A stretch of 63,149 bases of DNA, counting the filler, from Atractiella rhizophila (Eukaryota), in NCBI GenBank assembly GCA_021432655.1. It is 3 parts of 3 records of this genome, joined end to end, with 100 filler letters (N's around TTAATTAATTAA, not from the genome) between each part and the next. Parts side by side here need not be neighbours in the genome. Positions count along the whole stretch, not along the records: positions 1 to 22,780 come from MU271810.1; positions 22,881 to 45,504 come from MU271812.1; 1 more part is not named here. One strand, written 5' to 3'. How positions within the stretch are numbered: the first letter of the stretch is position 1; every line of letters starts with the position of its first letter. The translations under genes were made by a program, and so were the position numbers. The notes under the pieces were generated by a model, which was given only the letters and a program-made list of their open reading frames with translations, was not told the origin of the DNA and did no database searches. Below, piece after piece: positions 15,616 to 27,911 of this stretch.

Positions 15616-15949
15616 GGGAGCGTCTCAAATCCTCTTTATTCTAGGGGAAGTGTAGATGATGGATTTTTTGGTCAACAATGAACTGTTTGTTGGGCTTGTC
15701 TGCTGGGACATTCGCTTGTTTTCTTTTTCCAATATTGAAATTCGCTCTCTGTTTTGAATCCAATGTGTCTGATATAAAGCTCACTAATTCGTGTAACTGA
15801 CTCGGAATAAACGTGTTTCAATATTACCGCGAGAGAGCACCAGTATCACTGAGGACACTACTTGGACTGCAATCATGGGAAGCATGAGCTTCGCTCGCAT
15901 TTACGATATGTTATTCGCGGATGCGCAAGAGTTCAGCATTATTATTCCC

Positions 15950-17863
15950 TCACCCCCAAATTCTCGGTTCAAAACTGAATCTACCATCTTCCTCTTCCTC
16001 TTCCCTAGCCACCCACAGCCTCTCTCTTTCAATTTCCATCTCAGCAATGACGTTTCTCAGCGCTCTCCTCTCCCACCTTCCTCCGATGAAGCCCGCATAA
16101 AGCATCGTTGTTCCTCCCCATCCTATTCCGACACCAACGAGTACAAATAGCCAGTTGAAGGCTTTGTTAGGCTGGAAGGAGGCGGCTATGGCCACGAGGG
16201 GGATGGATACAATAGCAAGGTAGAAGAGGGACATCTGGGTGTTTGCGGCCTTTGAGGAGGAAGAGAAGGATCTGGCGAGAGCGTTCAGAGAGGTGCTCAT
16301 CAATTCGGGTGTGAGGGCAGTAGGTCGACCTGGTCCTGAGAGTGGCTCGGACCTTGGAACAGCTTCACCTCCTGGGAAGGAAGGCTTTGTCGAGCCTGCT
16401 GAAGTCGTGAGAAGCGAGACACCAAACACGACTTCAACGCCGAAGTGGTCTGAATAACTCATGCCCCCCGTCTCCGGTACAGGTTCGGTGAGCACTACCT
16501 TGGTAGATTTTGGTTCTAGGTTCACGCTTCCGACCACATCCTTCCTCGTCTCCTCCTTGGGCACGAACAAGCCTGAATTGCGAAAGAGGACATAGTCCAA
16601 TCTCTTGCCTCCCTCCTTCCTAACCCACTCTGGAAAGACCTTATACCGACTAAACGAGTTCAAGGGGGAGTCGCAAGTTACGCCGTTTAGACGGACGGCT
16701 TCGGAGGAAGAGCGTGAGGGATGGGGAGCTTGGGGGTTTAGGATGGGGAAGGAATCAGAGAGGTGGCCGTGGGCGAGGAGGAAGCGGATGACGTGTGAAT
16801 GTGGAGGCGAATTGAGGTCTCCAGTCTTTGAAAGAAATACGACGATATTCAATTGTTGAAGAACTGAGGGGAGAGGAAAGACGTACAACTATCACGCCTC
16901 TACCGCGCTCAGAGGCAGACCGAACGATTTTGCCCAGTTCCCAACATTGTGCTATCCGATGCGCTCTCTTCCACTCCTCCACGTGTGCACCTTCGTCTCC
17001 ATGAGGCGCATAAAAATGCGTATTGATCAATTCAAGCTCCACCTTGGTGCTTTCCCCTCTCGAAGTAGAGGAAGAAGGGGATGGGATGTCCAGCGAAATA
17101 ATGACCGAACCTGCCGCTTTTCCAACATGCCAATCTCCTTCTGCGACATGGAGGGGGTTACCGTTGAGAGGATAAGAGAGGATGGACGATGAGAGCAGAC
17201 GATGACGAGTCAATATTGCGAGACCTGAACCAAGAGCACCACTTTAAACGAAAGCAGTCAATCCATATTCCATATTCCAAGCAGCTGCACAACGAACCTG
17301 TAGAACCATCGCCCATGTTTTAAGCCAACCGATTTGGCCCGAGTAGATATAGTCAACCAGTCCTCCTCGCACCAGAGTTCCTGCAAGGCGACGAGGTCAT
17401 ATCCACCGTCTCCCTCATCTACTACTGCAGCAGAACCTGAACCTGAAGAAGTAGAATGCGACGGCCGTGACGAGGCATTAGGAGAAGAGGAAGAGACGAT
17501 GTATTCTGCTATTGCGTGTATCCGTTGACGACGCTGGCGAGAGACATATTTCAATCCCCTATTGAGAGTAGTCAGTTTCCGTAGCGTCAGATTTGCACGT
17601 CAAGTCAACTTCGTTCTCCTCCTACGACAGGGAAGTGAGCAGCCACAGTCAACAGCTTGCTCGTGATACGGTACGCCAGATAATCGGTTGGCAGGAAAAG
17701 TAAAAACTGGTGAAAGCAGAAGATGGTACACTGATGGGTTTGAACGGGAAACACACCAGCAGTTGAAAGTAAGGACTCTAAACTTCCTCTCTCCCTCTCT
17801 AAACGGCACGTCCTGAACGCTAACATCCGCTTCTGCACCTTGCGAGTGCTCGTCCTGTCCCAT
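15950..17863 (-). CDS. ISC1: Inositol phosphosphingolipid phospholipase C / neutral sphingomyelinase
   Basis: RVLTFNCW-GLKYVS, ALQELW, YPLNG..GDW.VGK, NTHFYAP, GDLNS, TCDSPLNS, KRLDYV and SDHFGV motifs plus two C-terminal TM helices. Confidence 0.92.
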
Positions 17864-18456
17864 GTCCAGTCGTATGTCGATGGGTCGGTATCCGTCTTCG
17901 AATTCGGCAGAGAATCGACCTTGGGAGTGAGAGGCAGGAGATGGGAGGAGGGGGAGGAGGTCGACGCGAGAACGTGAATCCAGATTGCGTATTATACGAT
18001 GGAATCGTTTGTTTATGACTGCCTTGAAACAGTTTCAGCTCCACTCGTAAACCTGTGACTTCTGTCAGGAAACTACAATGTGCTGCTGTTGAAGTTGACA
18101 AGAATCGGCGGTCGGAAAAGGCACTGGTGTGGTCTTTGCGATATTGAGGCATGCTCTGAAATTTGTTGCGAGGACTGGTCAAGAGATACTCCACTGGCAG
18201 ACGGCCGAATTTTCTTTCAACATCCTCAGGCTTGTAACGATGGACGCATCACCAAAAAAGGTGACCAAAGTAAATAGAGAACGATACGTTATTGAGGAAC
18301 GCTATGTGTGGTGACAGATTCTATCAAATAAATTTAGGTAAAAGCGCCAGTCAAGATGGACGGGAGATTATCACAGCCGAAGGACAAGTTGAACAAAGAC
18401 ACTGGGTCGAAAACAGGACACAGACCGAGCGAAATACGAATGGAGGTATAAACCGA

Positions 18457-19402
18457 TCACAACCCCTCATCGATCGAAACAGTCTTCACACAACCATCCC
18501 TAGTCTTCATATACCCCTTCTCACAAGAGAAAACGGTACAAACTCCCTCCTCACATCCGACTCCCTTCACGCCTTCAATGGCGGTGCAATCCACACCACC
18601 TCTTCCCAAACACCCACCACAGCTCTGCACAGCGTTGGAGGTGTCGATACACTCGTATCCTCCGTCTCCAGAGGTGGAAGACGAGGCGCTTCCGAAGTTG
18701 AGTGGGCAAGCGGTCTCGGAGAGCGGGCAGCGAGGGTCGATCAACACTTGCGAGATCATGGCGGAACGGTGTTGGAGAGCACGGGCGCGCATGGATGGCG
18801 TCGGGTGCTTGCAGGTGTACTTGTGTTTGGCGGAGTTGTAATGGAGCGTGGTTCTGTGAAGATGGTTGATGACCTTTTAGGGATCTGGTTGTGGAAGAAA
18901 GGGAGCACGTACCCAGGAGGACAAACGCAGTCGTCACCTGCAGCATTGAGGACGAGCGGGTCTGCGTTCAAGACTTTTCAGTAATGCGATTTCATTAAGG
19001 AGAGCAGAGACAGACCTTTGCAGAAGATTCCACAGCCTTTGTGCTCGGCGCAGACAGCGAATCCACGATTAGGATGGCGAGGAGGATAGCAAGCCACGAC
19101 ATGGTTCTGTCGTTTACAAAGAAAAAAACCTCAATATTAGAAAAATGTTGATGGAAGGAGGGAAGACATACGGGAAAGTTGGAATGCTCGCCTCTGCACT
19201 TGCAATGACCATTCTTCTCATTGTAAGTCACCACCTCATCATGCCTGCAGATACCACAATCACTGGGAATGTGCAGGCTAGAGTGCACCACGGGTGAGAC
19301 ATGCTCGAAAGTGGATAGTTCGTGAGCGCTGAATGTCGACGCTTCGCCAGCAAAAGAAAGTGTAGCTGTAGAAGCCAAAAGAATGAATGATTTGAACAGC
19401 AT
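18457..19402 (-). CDS. Secreted Cys-rich PriA/CPL1-like protein
   Basis: Signal-peptide-like MLFKSFILLASTATLSFA and C-terminal CP..ETACP...YECID..NAVQSCGGC...GVDCTAIEGV..V.C..G.C.VFSC..GY. Confidence 0.85.
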
Positions 19403-20573
19403 GGTCCTCACTGGCTGGTATGATGAACTTGAACCGTCTTTTTTTTCGAAAGAGTGAAAGTGGAAGAGAGAGAAAACTGTTCCTTGGGAATGAAGGGTTT
19501 GAAAGGAAGACGCCTTTTATTCGTTCCCCTGTCCCTCCAATTGCTTCCCCCATGTCTGCAGCGACTGTCTCGGGTTTGACAGAAAACGGGAGATTCTAGG
19601 AGAAGAGAATGTCTGCATTCATTCAATAATTGTGTTCAAACCGTCGGTAAACGTCCAGTAAAGTTAAACAAAGGAGGCGGAGTGAGCTCGCTGGGGCTCC
19701 ATGAACGTCCCCTCCTGACAACTGGAAGCAAGGGATAATGTCACGAATATTGAACATTGATGCATAATACATTGGTGTACAGCCAAAAGGCAGAGCAAGA
19801 TCTTGAGAAGTCTGCTGCGAATAGGGTGAGCTAATCGATATCAACATATTGCAGGCAGTATGAAAGGCAAGAAGAATATTCTTGACGTTGGAACATTCCG
19901 AGCTTTCGGAAGAGAAGAAAGAGAAGCAAGGGCGAACGTGCACGCAAACAGCCGATAACTCTCGCTAAAATAGGAACTGCAGAAAGCAAAGGTTTGTGGC
20001 GGGGTTTGTATGGACCCTGTTTGGCCCTTTCATAACTCGAAGTATTGCTGTTCTCGCAGTTGATATCAGAAATCATGAGAGAATGTGCTTTTATGACACC
20101 TAAATCTCCCTGGTACGAACATCCAACATCCGCTTAAGTACTGCAGATTACTGTCAAGCTATCCTCAAGGAGGACTCTCGAGAAAGAAAGAAGATATTCA
20201 AGTTGAGGGTGAAGAAAGGAAGTAAAAGAGATGCAGACGCACTGGAGCAAGGTTTCACAGCAGGTAAAGCCGAAGTTTTGCTAAAGTTTCGGAACGTCGG
20301 CGGGACAATACCAAGTTCGACTGCGTGCGGTCTTGTCCGCTCCCAAGACTTACTTGAACGACCTGCCCATCCTCAATCCATCAGTAGTTAAAGGGTCAAG
20401 CTGCTAATACGCCGCGGAGCACGGTTTCGGTAATATCCTAGTGCTTTTAAATTCAGGGAACGGCGAGAACTCTGAGTGAAGCTCAAGTGATCAGAGTAGA
20501 CAATTGGGACGACGGTAAATGGTGAGCCATCGCGAAGGGCACAATCATTGGGAAAGGGAAAGAGAATGAAACA

Positions 20574-22780
20574 TGAAGGCGTCGTTGGGTACCCTTCCGT
20601 ACGAGTTTGCTCAAAGGTGATTTGAAGAAGGTGGGGTTCATGGTTGCTGCATTTGTAGGCCGGAACTGCTGCCTCAGCTCGTCTATCACCTCGCGTCTGC
20701 TTCTCCCATAGGTCCACCGAACGTCCTCTCCCTCATTTTAGTGAACAAGAAGTTCTACTATGCTCTCTCATTTTCCAACAACCCTCAGGTCTGGGCTTCC
20801 CTATTCGACATGCGCTTCGATGGTGCGGCCGTTCGTCGTAGAATTGGGGATTGGCGTGGTGGTTTAGATGAAGGAGGAGTTAGTCGAAAGAGGAGGCACG
20901 GCTGGAAGGATATCCATATGGAGGAGGGAGAGATGGAGAGACAAAGGATGGTGAAAGAGGTGGGGAGTAAGGCGGTGGAGAAGGCGGAGAAGTCAGCCAT
21001 GGGCAGCCCGATGAGCGTTGACCTCGTCCTGCCACCTTTCGAGCCTGTTGGAAAAGGAAAGGAGAAGGAAATCCAACTTCCTTCACCGGTGTCTCTCGAT
21101 GTTACGCCCCCATTTATTCACACACTCACCGCACGCCATGTCGCCCACGAATTCAGAGCTCGCTGCCTGACCCTAAAACGGATCAAATATCGGGTGAAGC
21201 GAGGAGTTCTGCTCTCGCATCCGGAACATCATGTAGATGATGGAGAGGAGGAGATGTTGAATATGTGGGATGAGAATGAGGATGGAGGATTTGAGGAGTG
21301 GGGGATTCAGGATCATGAAAAGAAGTTCCGACTGTCAGCACTGTGGATGAAAGCGAAGGAAGAGCTGAATGAGGACCTATGGAGGATTTATTTCATGCTT
21401 CTGGAGCATGGTCAGCATTTTCGAACATGCCAATCTGCCTTGCTAATGCCCCGTAACAGATGAGAAGAATCTGGATCACCTCATCCACTATGCCTCTTTC
21501 TCTCAGTTTCTCAACATCTACTTCCGACAAGATCTCCTCGCAGCTGCTTTACGACCTGGGTACCCCAAAGATACTACAGAGCGATGTTTGGCGCTTTGGT
21601 GTAGTTGGCTAATGGGCGAAGGGAGTGAGAAGATTGCGGAGGAGTCGGCTCAGGAGAGCGAAGAAAGATTCTTCGTGCTCAAACCATACGTGTTTGCAGC
21701 TCACAATGTTCGGTTCTCCCTAAATTCTGTTTCTGACGCACTCATATCAAGCGATAGTTTGACGCCTTTCACGCCTCGTGGACGAGTAAATACCTACCTG
21801 CGCCACAACCAGTCACTCAACCCCCTCCTTCAGCTTCGAGTTTACACGTCTCTCCCACCCGTCCCACGCGCATCGAACGCGTCTCTTATTTCTCCCTCTC
21901 CTTACCTTGCACACCCCCTCTCATTTCCCTGGCCGCAACGTATTCTTTCTTCGAACGCGTCGAAAGGGACCCTGCCCTGGTCCGGCTTGCAGGTCTAGAT
22001 CCCCTTTCAGCCATGACGCTGCAACAGCCTCAGCGTCCCCTCGCTCCTGGAAAAGTTTCGGGCATGTTGGAAGGTGCGGGCGGTTCGAGAGCTAATCCAC
22101 TTCGACCGCCGATTGGAACGAGGACGAGCGCCTTGCATGATCGAGATTGGGCGAGATTGGTATCTTGTTTGGATCCACAGAAGAGCGAAGGATTACCTGA
22201 TCTCTTTTTTAAAGGCGCTTTTGAAGGCACTTGGGAGGGAAGGTTCAGCTTCTTCGACTTTGATAGTTATCGTGATATGCTTGGAGGGGAGATGATCAGC
22301 TTATACGAGGGTCCTTTCGGGTGCCAACCGCAGGTTTGGAAGTTGGAAGAGAAGCTGGTAAAGGTTACGGAGGAGGAAATGGGCGGCAGCGGTAGTGCGC
22401 TGAATGCCGGATACGAGCTTGGGGAGAAGGGGAGGACAAGCAGTGAAAAATTCTCCGCAGGGGACAGAAGAAGAGTCCTTGCTGATCTTGGCTTCGTGGA
22501 TGATGGCCCGAAGGCGAAGAGAATGAAAAGCGCCGGATCCACTTCAAGCTCATATCGAACTGCAGAAGATGCTGAATCCGTTACCTCCGAAACATCGAAG
22601 GAACGTTACGAGATTTTGCTCAGCGGCACGGTATGTCGCGTCCTTGGCTTCTTTCCTGTTGCTTCAGGAATTAAAATTGTGTTGTAGGGCCATTCAGCAT
22701 GGGGTCAATTCATCCTTCGTGGCCGTGTTCGCTCTTGGGATGGACTGCTTTCTCTCACAAAAGAGTACACACCCGATGGA
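20574..22780 (+). CDS. Conserved basidiomycete hypothetical protein (possible N-terminal F-box); truncated by linker
   Basis: ORFs 20741-21463, 21588-, 22013-22687 joined by introns; C-terminal YEILLSG..HSAWGQFILRGRVRSWDGLLSLTKEYTP runs into the N gap. Start uncertain. Confidence 0.7.
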
Positions 22781-22880
22781 NNNNNNNNNNNNNNNNNNNN
22801 NNNNNNNNNNNNNNNNNNNNNNNNTTAATTAATTAANNNNNNNNNNNNNNNNNNNNNNNNNNNNNNNNNNNNNNNNNNNN
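22781..22880. other. Artificial contig linker N44-TTAATTAATTAA-N44
   Basis: Exactly 100 nt. The central 12-mer gives stops in all six frames; identical structure at 45505-45604. Confidence 0.97.
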
Positions 22881-23764
22881 CTAACGTAGGGAGGATGCGC
22901 AGGTTCGCCCGAGGAGTCATGATAACCAATTCGAGTTCCAATTCACCCAGATTGATGTTCGCCGCAGCATGAGAATAGACCTCGCGAGTACCTGGCCAGA
23001 AGTAGCGATATTTCGCCGCATCCAATTCCTTGTCGCCGATTCGCACTTTTCCGTCGCGCACTACGAATTCGGTGACCGGCGCACCGGCGAACGGATTTCG
23101 ATCCCCCAACGCTGCAGGCAGAACAAAGGTTGTCGCAGTAACCAGATGGTCAGAGAGGGTCCTCACAACCCCGACCTCGGGTCCTTTCACCGCCGAAATC
23201 GATTTTTGCGCTCGCAAATTTTCCTCCGCCACTCGTCGCTTATTTTCAAGCGCTACCCGTTTACGTTCCTCTTCTTCCTTCGCCAAGCGTTTTTTCGTGC
23301 CAGACAAGAAAAGCTCTCGTTCTTTCCTTCGCAAAACAGGGTCGCCATTCGCCGACTCGGAGGGCTGAAAACCGAGTTTCACCGCTTCCTCCTCGACGAG
23401 CACCGCTTGTTCGGCCCAAAGACGAAGTTCATCACGCAATGCCTGCAGACCTTCCACAGGCATCTGCAGAGGAAATGACAAAACCCGTCTATCACCGAAA
23501 CCTTTGGCAGCCTCATAAGCCATTCGCACCTTCCCATCGCCGATGGGTTACCATACAAAATATATGAGACAAGAAAACTCCCTCAGCCTGCACCTCATCA
23601 CAAAATTTGACATACAGAGGGTAGCACCTTTTCCCCCACTCCAGCACATCGGCGAATCGCCCAAAGTTCACCTCCTTCGCTTTCTCCATGTCCCAGAAAA
23701 TGGTGCTCTCCTTGCTATCCTTGTTCGCCAGAACGAAGTCGAAGAGTTGCGCATCGGTCGACAT
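22881..23764 (-). CDS. Hypothetical protein with coiled-coil region; 3' end lost at linker (continuation recoverable from the mirror copy has CxxC motifs)
   Basis: ATG at 23764 (MSTDAQLFDF), probable intron near 23530-23595, then ORF open from 23529 to the gap. Confidence 0.6.
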
Positions 23765-24257
23765 TTTTGCAAGAAGTAGACGGAGGGTGATGGTGGTAGA
23801 ACTGAAAAAATTTTCGCCCAAACTAGCCGCAAACCTTAACTTTAAAATTCCGTGACTCACGTACACGAGTCAGAAATTTGGGGGTGTTGTCAGGCTTGCC
23901 CCAACGCATTACCGAAATGCACCATCTGAAGTCACGTGACCTACTTTACCATGCCATAGGACCACGAGCCTGCCCATCGCCGCTTTGCTCACGTTCTCGC
24001 TGATCGCCGCCTTCCCCTGTCTCACACTAATCGCCGCTCAGCAAACCTTAAACATTTCGCCAGTCTGCACCGTCTCCATTATTGCTTTATTGTCCTTTCT
24101 CACTTGTACTGCTCAGTATGTCTTATTTCCGAGTTTTCCTTTTATTGCTTTCCTGATCTAGCTATCTTACATGTTTCAAGAAACTTATGATACAGTTTAT
24201 GGCAGTGCTTTTACATATGGATATATACATCGAGATGTAGTGGTGGTGACCTCAGAG

Positions 24258-24334
24258 TATTCTCTTAGGTTTACCTCCACTACAGGTTAGTCTCCTCATG
24301 CCATACTATTCTCTTAGGTTTACCTCCACTACAG
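24258..24334. repeat. 28-bp direct repeat TATTCTCTTAGGTTTACCTCCACTACAG x2 with 21-nt spacer
   Basis: Copies at 24258-24285 and 24307-24334. Confidence 0.9.
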
Positions 24335-25900
24335 ACGCATCGCCTATCGGCGACCGCACATAGTGTCAGCCCTAACAAGCAGGTAAGAGTATGGACTAAG
24401 CAAGTTATTACAACGTACCTCACAAAGTCCGCCCAGTTTACTGATGATGACCAGCCCTTTTCCTTTCCTTTTGGGGATGATAGTCTGAAGCGCATCATGA
24501 GAAAAGCAAAATTCACGGCATTTTCCCAATGAGAGATTGACATGTTTTGGATTCAACAGAGTTGGATTCGGTTGCGCATCTTCATCGACCAACAGTCTTT
24601 GTAGTTTTTCCCTTAACGATTTAGGAAGTACTGAAGGCAAATATGCATCACAGAAGGGGCACAATGCTTTTCTAAGAATGTTTTGAATAAGCCAGTAAAT
24701 TGTATCTTAACCGAATCATGCTACCAGGGACTCACCCTTCTTTTGCAGTTGCAAGGGCAGCTGTATCCTCTTCATCCTCCTTCTGCTCGTCTTCATGATT
24801 TCCTTCATCCTGGATGCCTGAACCAGAACTGGAAGCCTTTGGAGAAGAAAGTGAATGTTCAGGTTTGGATATAGCTTTTAATCCCAAAAGCATGCAGGTT
24901 TGCTGGCATTGATGTAAATGTTCAAAGCTTAAGATAGTTTCTGGCGAATATTGTAAGCCCGGATGCCTATATGAATATGTTAGAACAATTATACGGAAAG
25001 AAAATTCTACCCATTGAGGTTATCACCACACATCACTAACACATCTGTAATGTATGGCCAGACTCCTGTTTCAATTGTATTTCAATTGTATTAGATGTCA
25101 ATAGCCATTAAGATCAAGTTGACATTACCCTGCAAGTCACAAATTAACATTGACCCCTTTGTAATCTCATATACGGCGCGTTGTAAACCTAGTAAGACAT
25201 CTATCCTTTTAAAATCTTCGGTCACCTTTTCCGATGGCTCAATCACAATCTTGATGTTTGAACTGGCATCAATCCACTTTGTCCACTTCTCTCCCATCTT
25301 GATAACACTCTCTAGGTTTGGTTCAAGAAGCATATATTGAATTGCCGAGCCTTCCTTTTTCCTTTCCCTCTAGCTGCCAGTGGGACCAGTCGTAAGTGGC
25401 GGCAATAGGTGTGACAAGTTGTGGGAGGAGTTGTGGGAAGTTATGCTGCTGGTCTGCTCGTACTCGTAATTTACGAGAAAGTGACAGGTTGATGATTCGT
25501 TCGAACAGACTATGGGTCCAACGAAAAGCTTGAATATCGTGGAAGAAATAACCTCTTTGCTTTCAGCGACTGTCAACATACTTCCATGAAGCCGTTATCC
25601 TTTTCCCCTTTTTCCCCACTCCAACAAGCTTAATCCATTTCTTAATTACTACCTCTTTCTGATCCAAACATCCATCTTCCTGCAACCAACCTGCCAAAGC
25701 TACCCGACTAGCTCCTCGCCCTACTTCACGCTACGAGATAACCAATCGTGCTGTTGTAAAGGAAAACATAGATAGAAAGGGTGAAGGTGAGTCTTGGCGC
25801 AATAGTTCTTCTAACGTTGATGGTTGGATCGGAATAATTCTGATCATGACGCCCCCATGAGATAACCAAGGTGGCAGGAGATCATCAGCAGCCAAAGCTG
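24330..25900 (-). pseudogene. Alpha-kinase-like domain spliced to an RTC4-like CxxC region; frameshifted/degenerate
   Basis: Spliced translation YMLLEP...WTKW...AVYEITKGSMLICDLQG|VWPYITDV...G|HPG...FEHLHQCQQTCMLLGL, then acidic linker and LCPFCDAYLP...NP...FCFSH...IIPK(frameshift)GKEKGWSSSVNW. 5' boundary uncertain. Confidence 0.65.
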
Positions 25901-26254
25901 ATCCCTGTTTACGCTCTTCAAATTGGAGTAAGGTCGGAGAAAGCAGACATTTTCGATGAAATGAGTAATTTTCTCAACATAGTCATTTCTTCGTCAACAA
26001 TAATCAGTTTCACACTTATGTACGTGCTATCACATTTGAACATGTGCTCCTTCTGCAACAACAATCTACCCTCCTTATCTGGAATGCTCTGTCATATAAA
26101 AAGCCCTCCTCCTTCCTTTGTATTTCGCTAGGAAAAGAGGATCAATAAAAGTTTCTTCTTCGACTCAGGTTCCTTCTCATGTAAAAGTTTGTCCTTACTT
26201 CTGTGAAAAGTTATTCCTTATTCTTATCCAGGATAGTGCTCAATTAACTGTGAG

Positions 26255-26359
26255 CTGATCCCCAGCGAAATGAGATGGTGGAAACGCTCAATGACATGAA
26301 ATGAAGCTACATACCTGATCCCCAGCGAAATGAGATGGTGGAAACGCTGGGGAATCAGG
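26255..26359. repeat. 34-bp direct repeat (period 60), second copy closing a hairpin
   Basis: CTGATCCCCAGCGAAATGAGATGGTGGAAACGCT at 26255 and 26315; CCTGATCCCCAGCG (26314-26327) pairs with CGCTGGGGAATCAGG (26345-26359). Confidence 0.9.
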
Positions 26360-26566
26360 TTGGCGATGGCCCTAACCCTATGTACACGTGCCGACGAGTG
26401 GAGAACAAGATAGAGAGAGGGAAATGAAGCGAGAGGAAACGAGCGAATGGAAGGAACATGAACGAAGCGAGAGAAACGAGCGAAAGGAAAGAAAGTGACG
26501 AAGTAAAACGGAGTCAAGTGGTATGTCCCTCTCTCACATTAACAAACAGAACTTTGTCGATTCGAC

Positions 26567-27505
26567 ATGTTCTCTGCCCAGTTTTATGCAATTTTGGCAT
26601 ACACCAATGCTTCCTGGATGGAACTGGGCAAGGTGAGGTTGTTGCAGATACTGAAATTGTATGTGAAGGTATGTCCTGTGTTGCTTCTTCATTTCTTCTT
26701 TATACTTACCCATTGGCAAGGGATGACTGAAGGGCTTCCAGCAACAATTCAATCTTGGCAACAGAGCTCTACACCATTGATCCCAGATAATACAATTGTT
26801 TACTTTTCTGGCAATATTCTTGTAGTTGCTTCGAAACCTATCATGTTGATGGCCGAAAATGTCTTCCCCATTGGAAACATTGAACATATCGAGCCTGCCC
26901 CAAGCATGATTTCTGCTCTTGGCTCAGTCAACAGTATTACTGGATCCCAAGACAATGCTATGATCACCTTTACAACAGGATGTTGCATGAAGACTGCAAA
27001 CAGTCCGTAAGTTTGTCTTCCATTCCATTTCACCACTTCACTTTTCTCATTTTCCACTTCAGGGCCAAGTTATACACTTCAAGATGCATGCTAAAAGAAG
27101 CGGCAAACGTTTCTTAAAACGGCCTCTGCCCAATCCCGGTTCCTCCATTTTCTTCGTGGCAATCCATCTGTTGATGATGCTTTGATCATCTCAATCAACA
27201 CTCAACTCAACCTTGCTAACTCTGCATCTTCTGCTTCCACAACTGGAGGCAAAATCGGCACTTGGGCGGCAAAGAGGAAATCGAATGCTTTGATCAGTCA
27301 AAACGATGGGAAACACAGCATTAGCATTGGTCAGAGGAATGAGGAAGCCTCACCCATCAAGAAGTTGAAGAAGAATGCTCTCAGGGCGTCTGGGAGGGGC
27401 AGGGTAAAGAGGTTGAAAAGGGGCAGGCTGATGAAGCCAATGTTTTTCTCGAACCAGACTTTGATGATGTTGATGAGAGTTACATTACTCCTATCAGCCA
27501 CTAGG
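26567..27505 (+). pseudogene. Beta-rich (possibly tandem OB-fold) hypothetical protein with frame disruptions
   Basis: Pieces MFSAQFYAILAY, IPDNTIVYFSGNI, MISALGSV and KRPLPNPGSSIFFV followed by a K/S-rich tail. Frames shift at non-intron positions. Confidence 0.35.
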
Positions 27506-27911
27506 TTCGTCTCCATTTGTTCATCTTACCTGCTAACAGAGTCCCTTGCCACTGTCATTGTCCAGACTATAACTGTTGAAGTAGTAATTTTGCCTTGTGT
27601 ATCTTTATATATGTGAATTTACTGTTGTTTGGCTCTTGCAAATATTGCATAAAATAGTTCAAGTTGTAATCTATGTCTGCCGTCACTTAATCCCGAAGGG
27701 AAGGGCAGCCTTGTTCAAACCGAAATTTCTCCCCCTTAGCTGTGTGGCAGCCTAGTAGTCTAGAGCCAGCTCTTTCTACCACTACTAACCACTTCTCCCA
27801 CTTGTTCATTGGGACCACGGCAGGTCGAGTTGAAGTCGAAAGTGCCAAAAATTCGCCGAAGGTCAAGCCGACCGCTTCGGCTCCGTCGCAAACCTCCTCA
27901 CAATCTGCTCG

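Noticed and set aside
18292..18984. 230-aa plus-strand ORF
   Set aside because: Antisense shadow of the PriA/CPL1-like gene; no independent motif.
22825..22836. Perfect palindrome TTAATTAATTAA (also 45549-45560)
   Set aside because: Centred in symmetric N runs; a synthetic linker, not biology.
24258..24334. Repeat-spacer-repeat patterns (also 26255-26348) resembling a mini CRISPR
   Set aside because: Only two units each, eukaryotic context and no cas genes; local duplication explains them.
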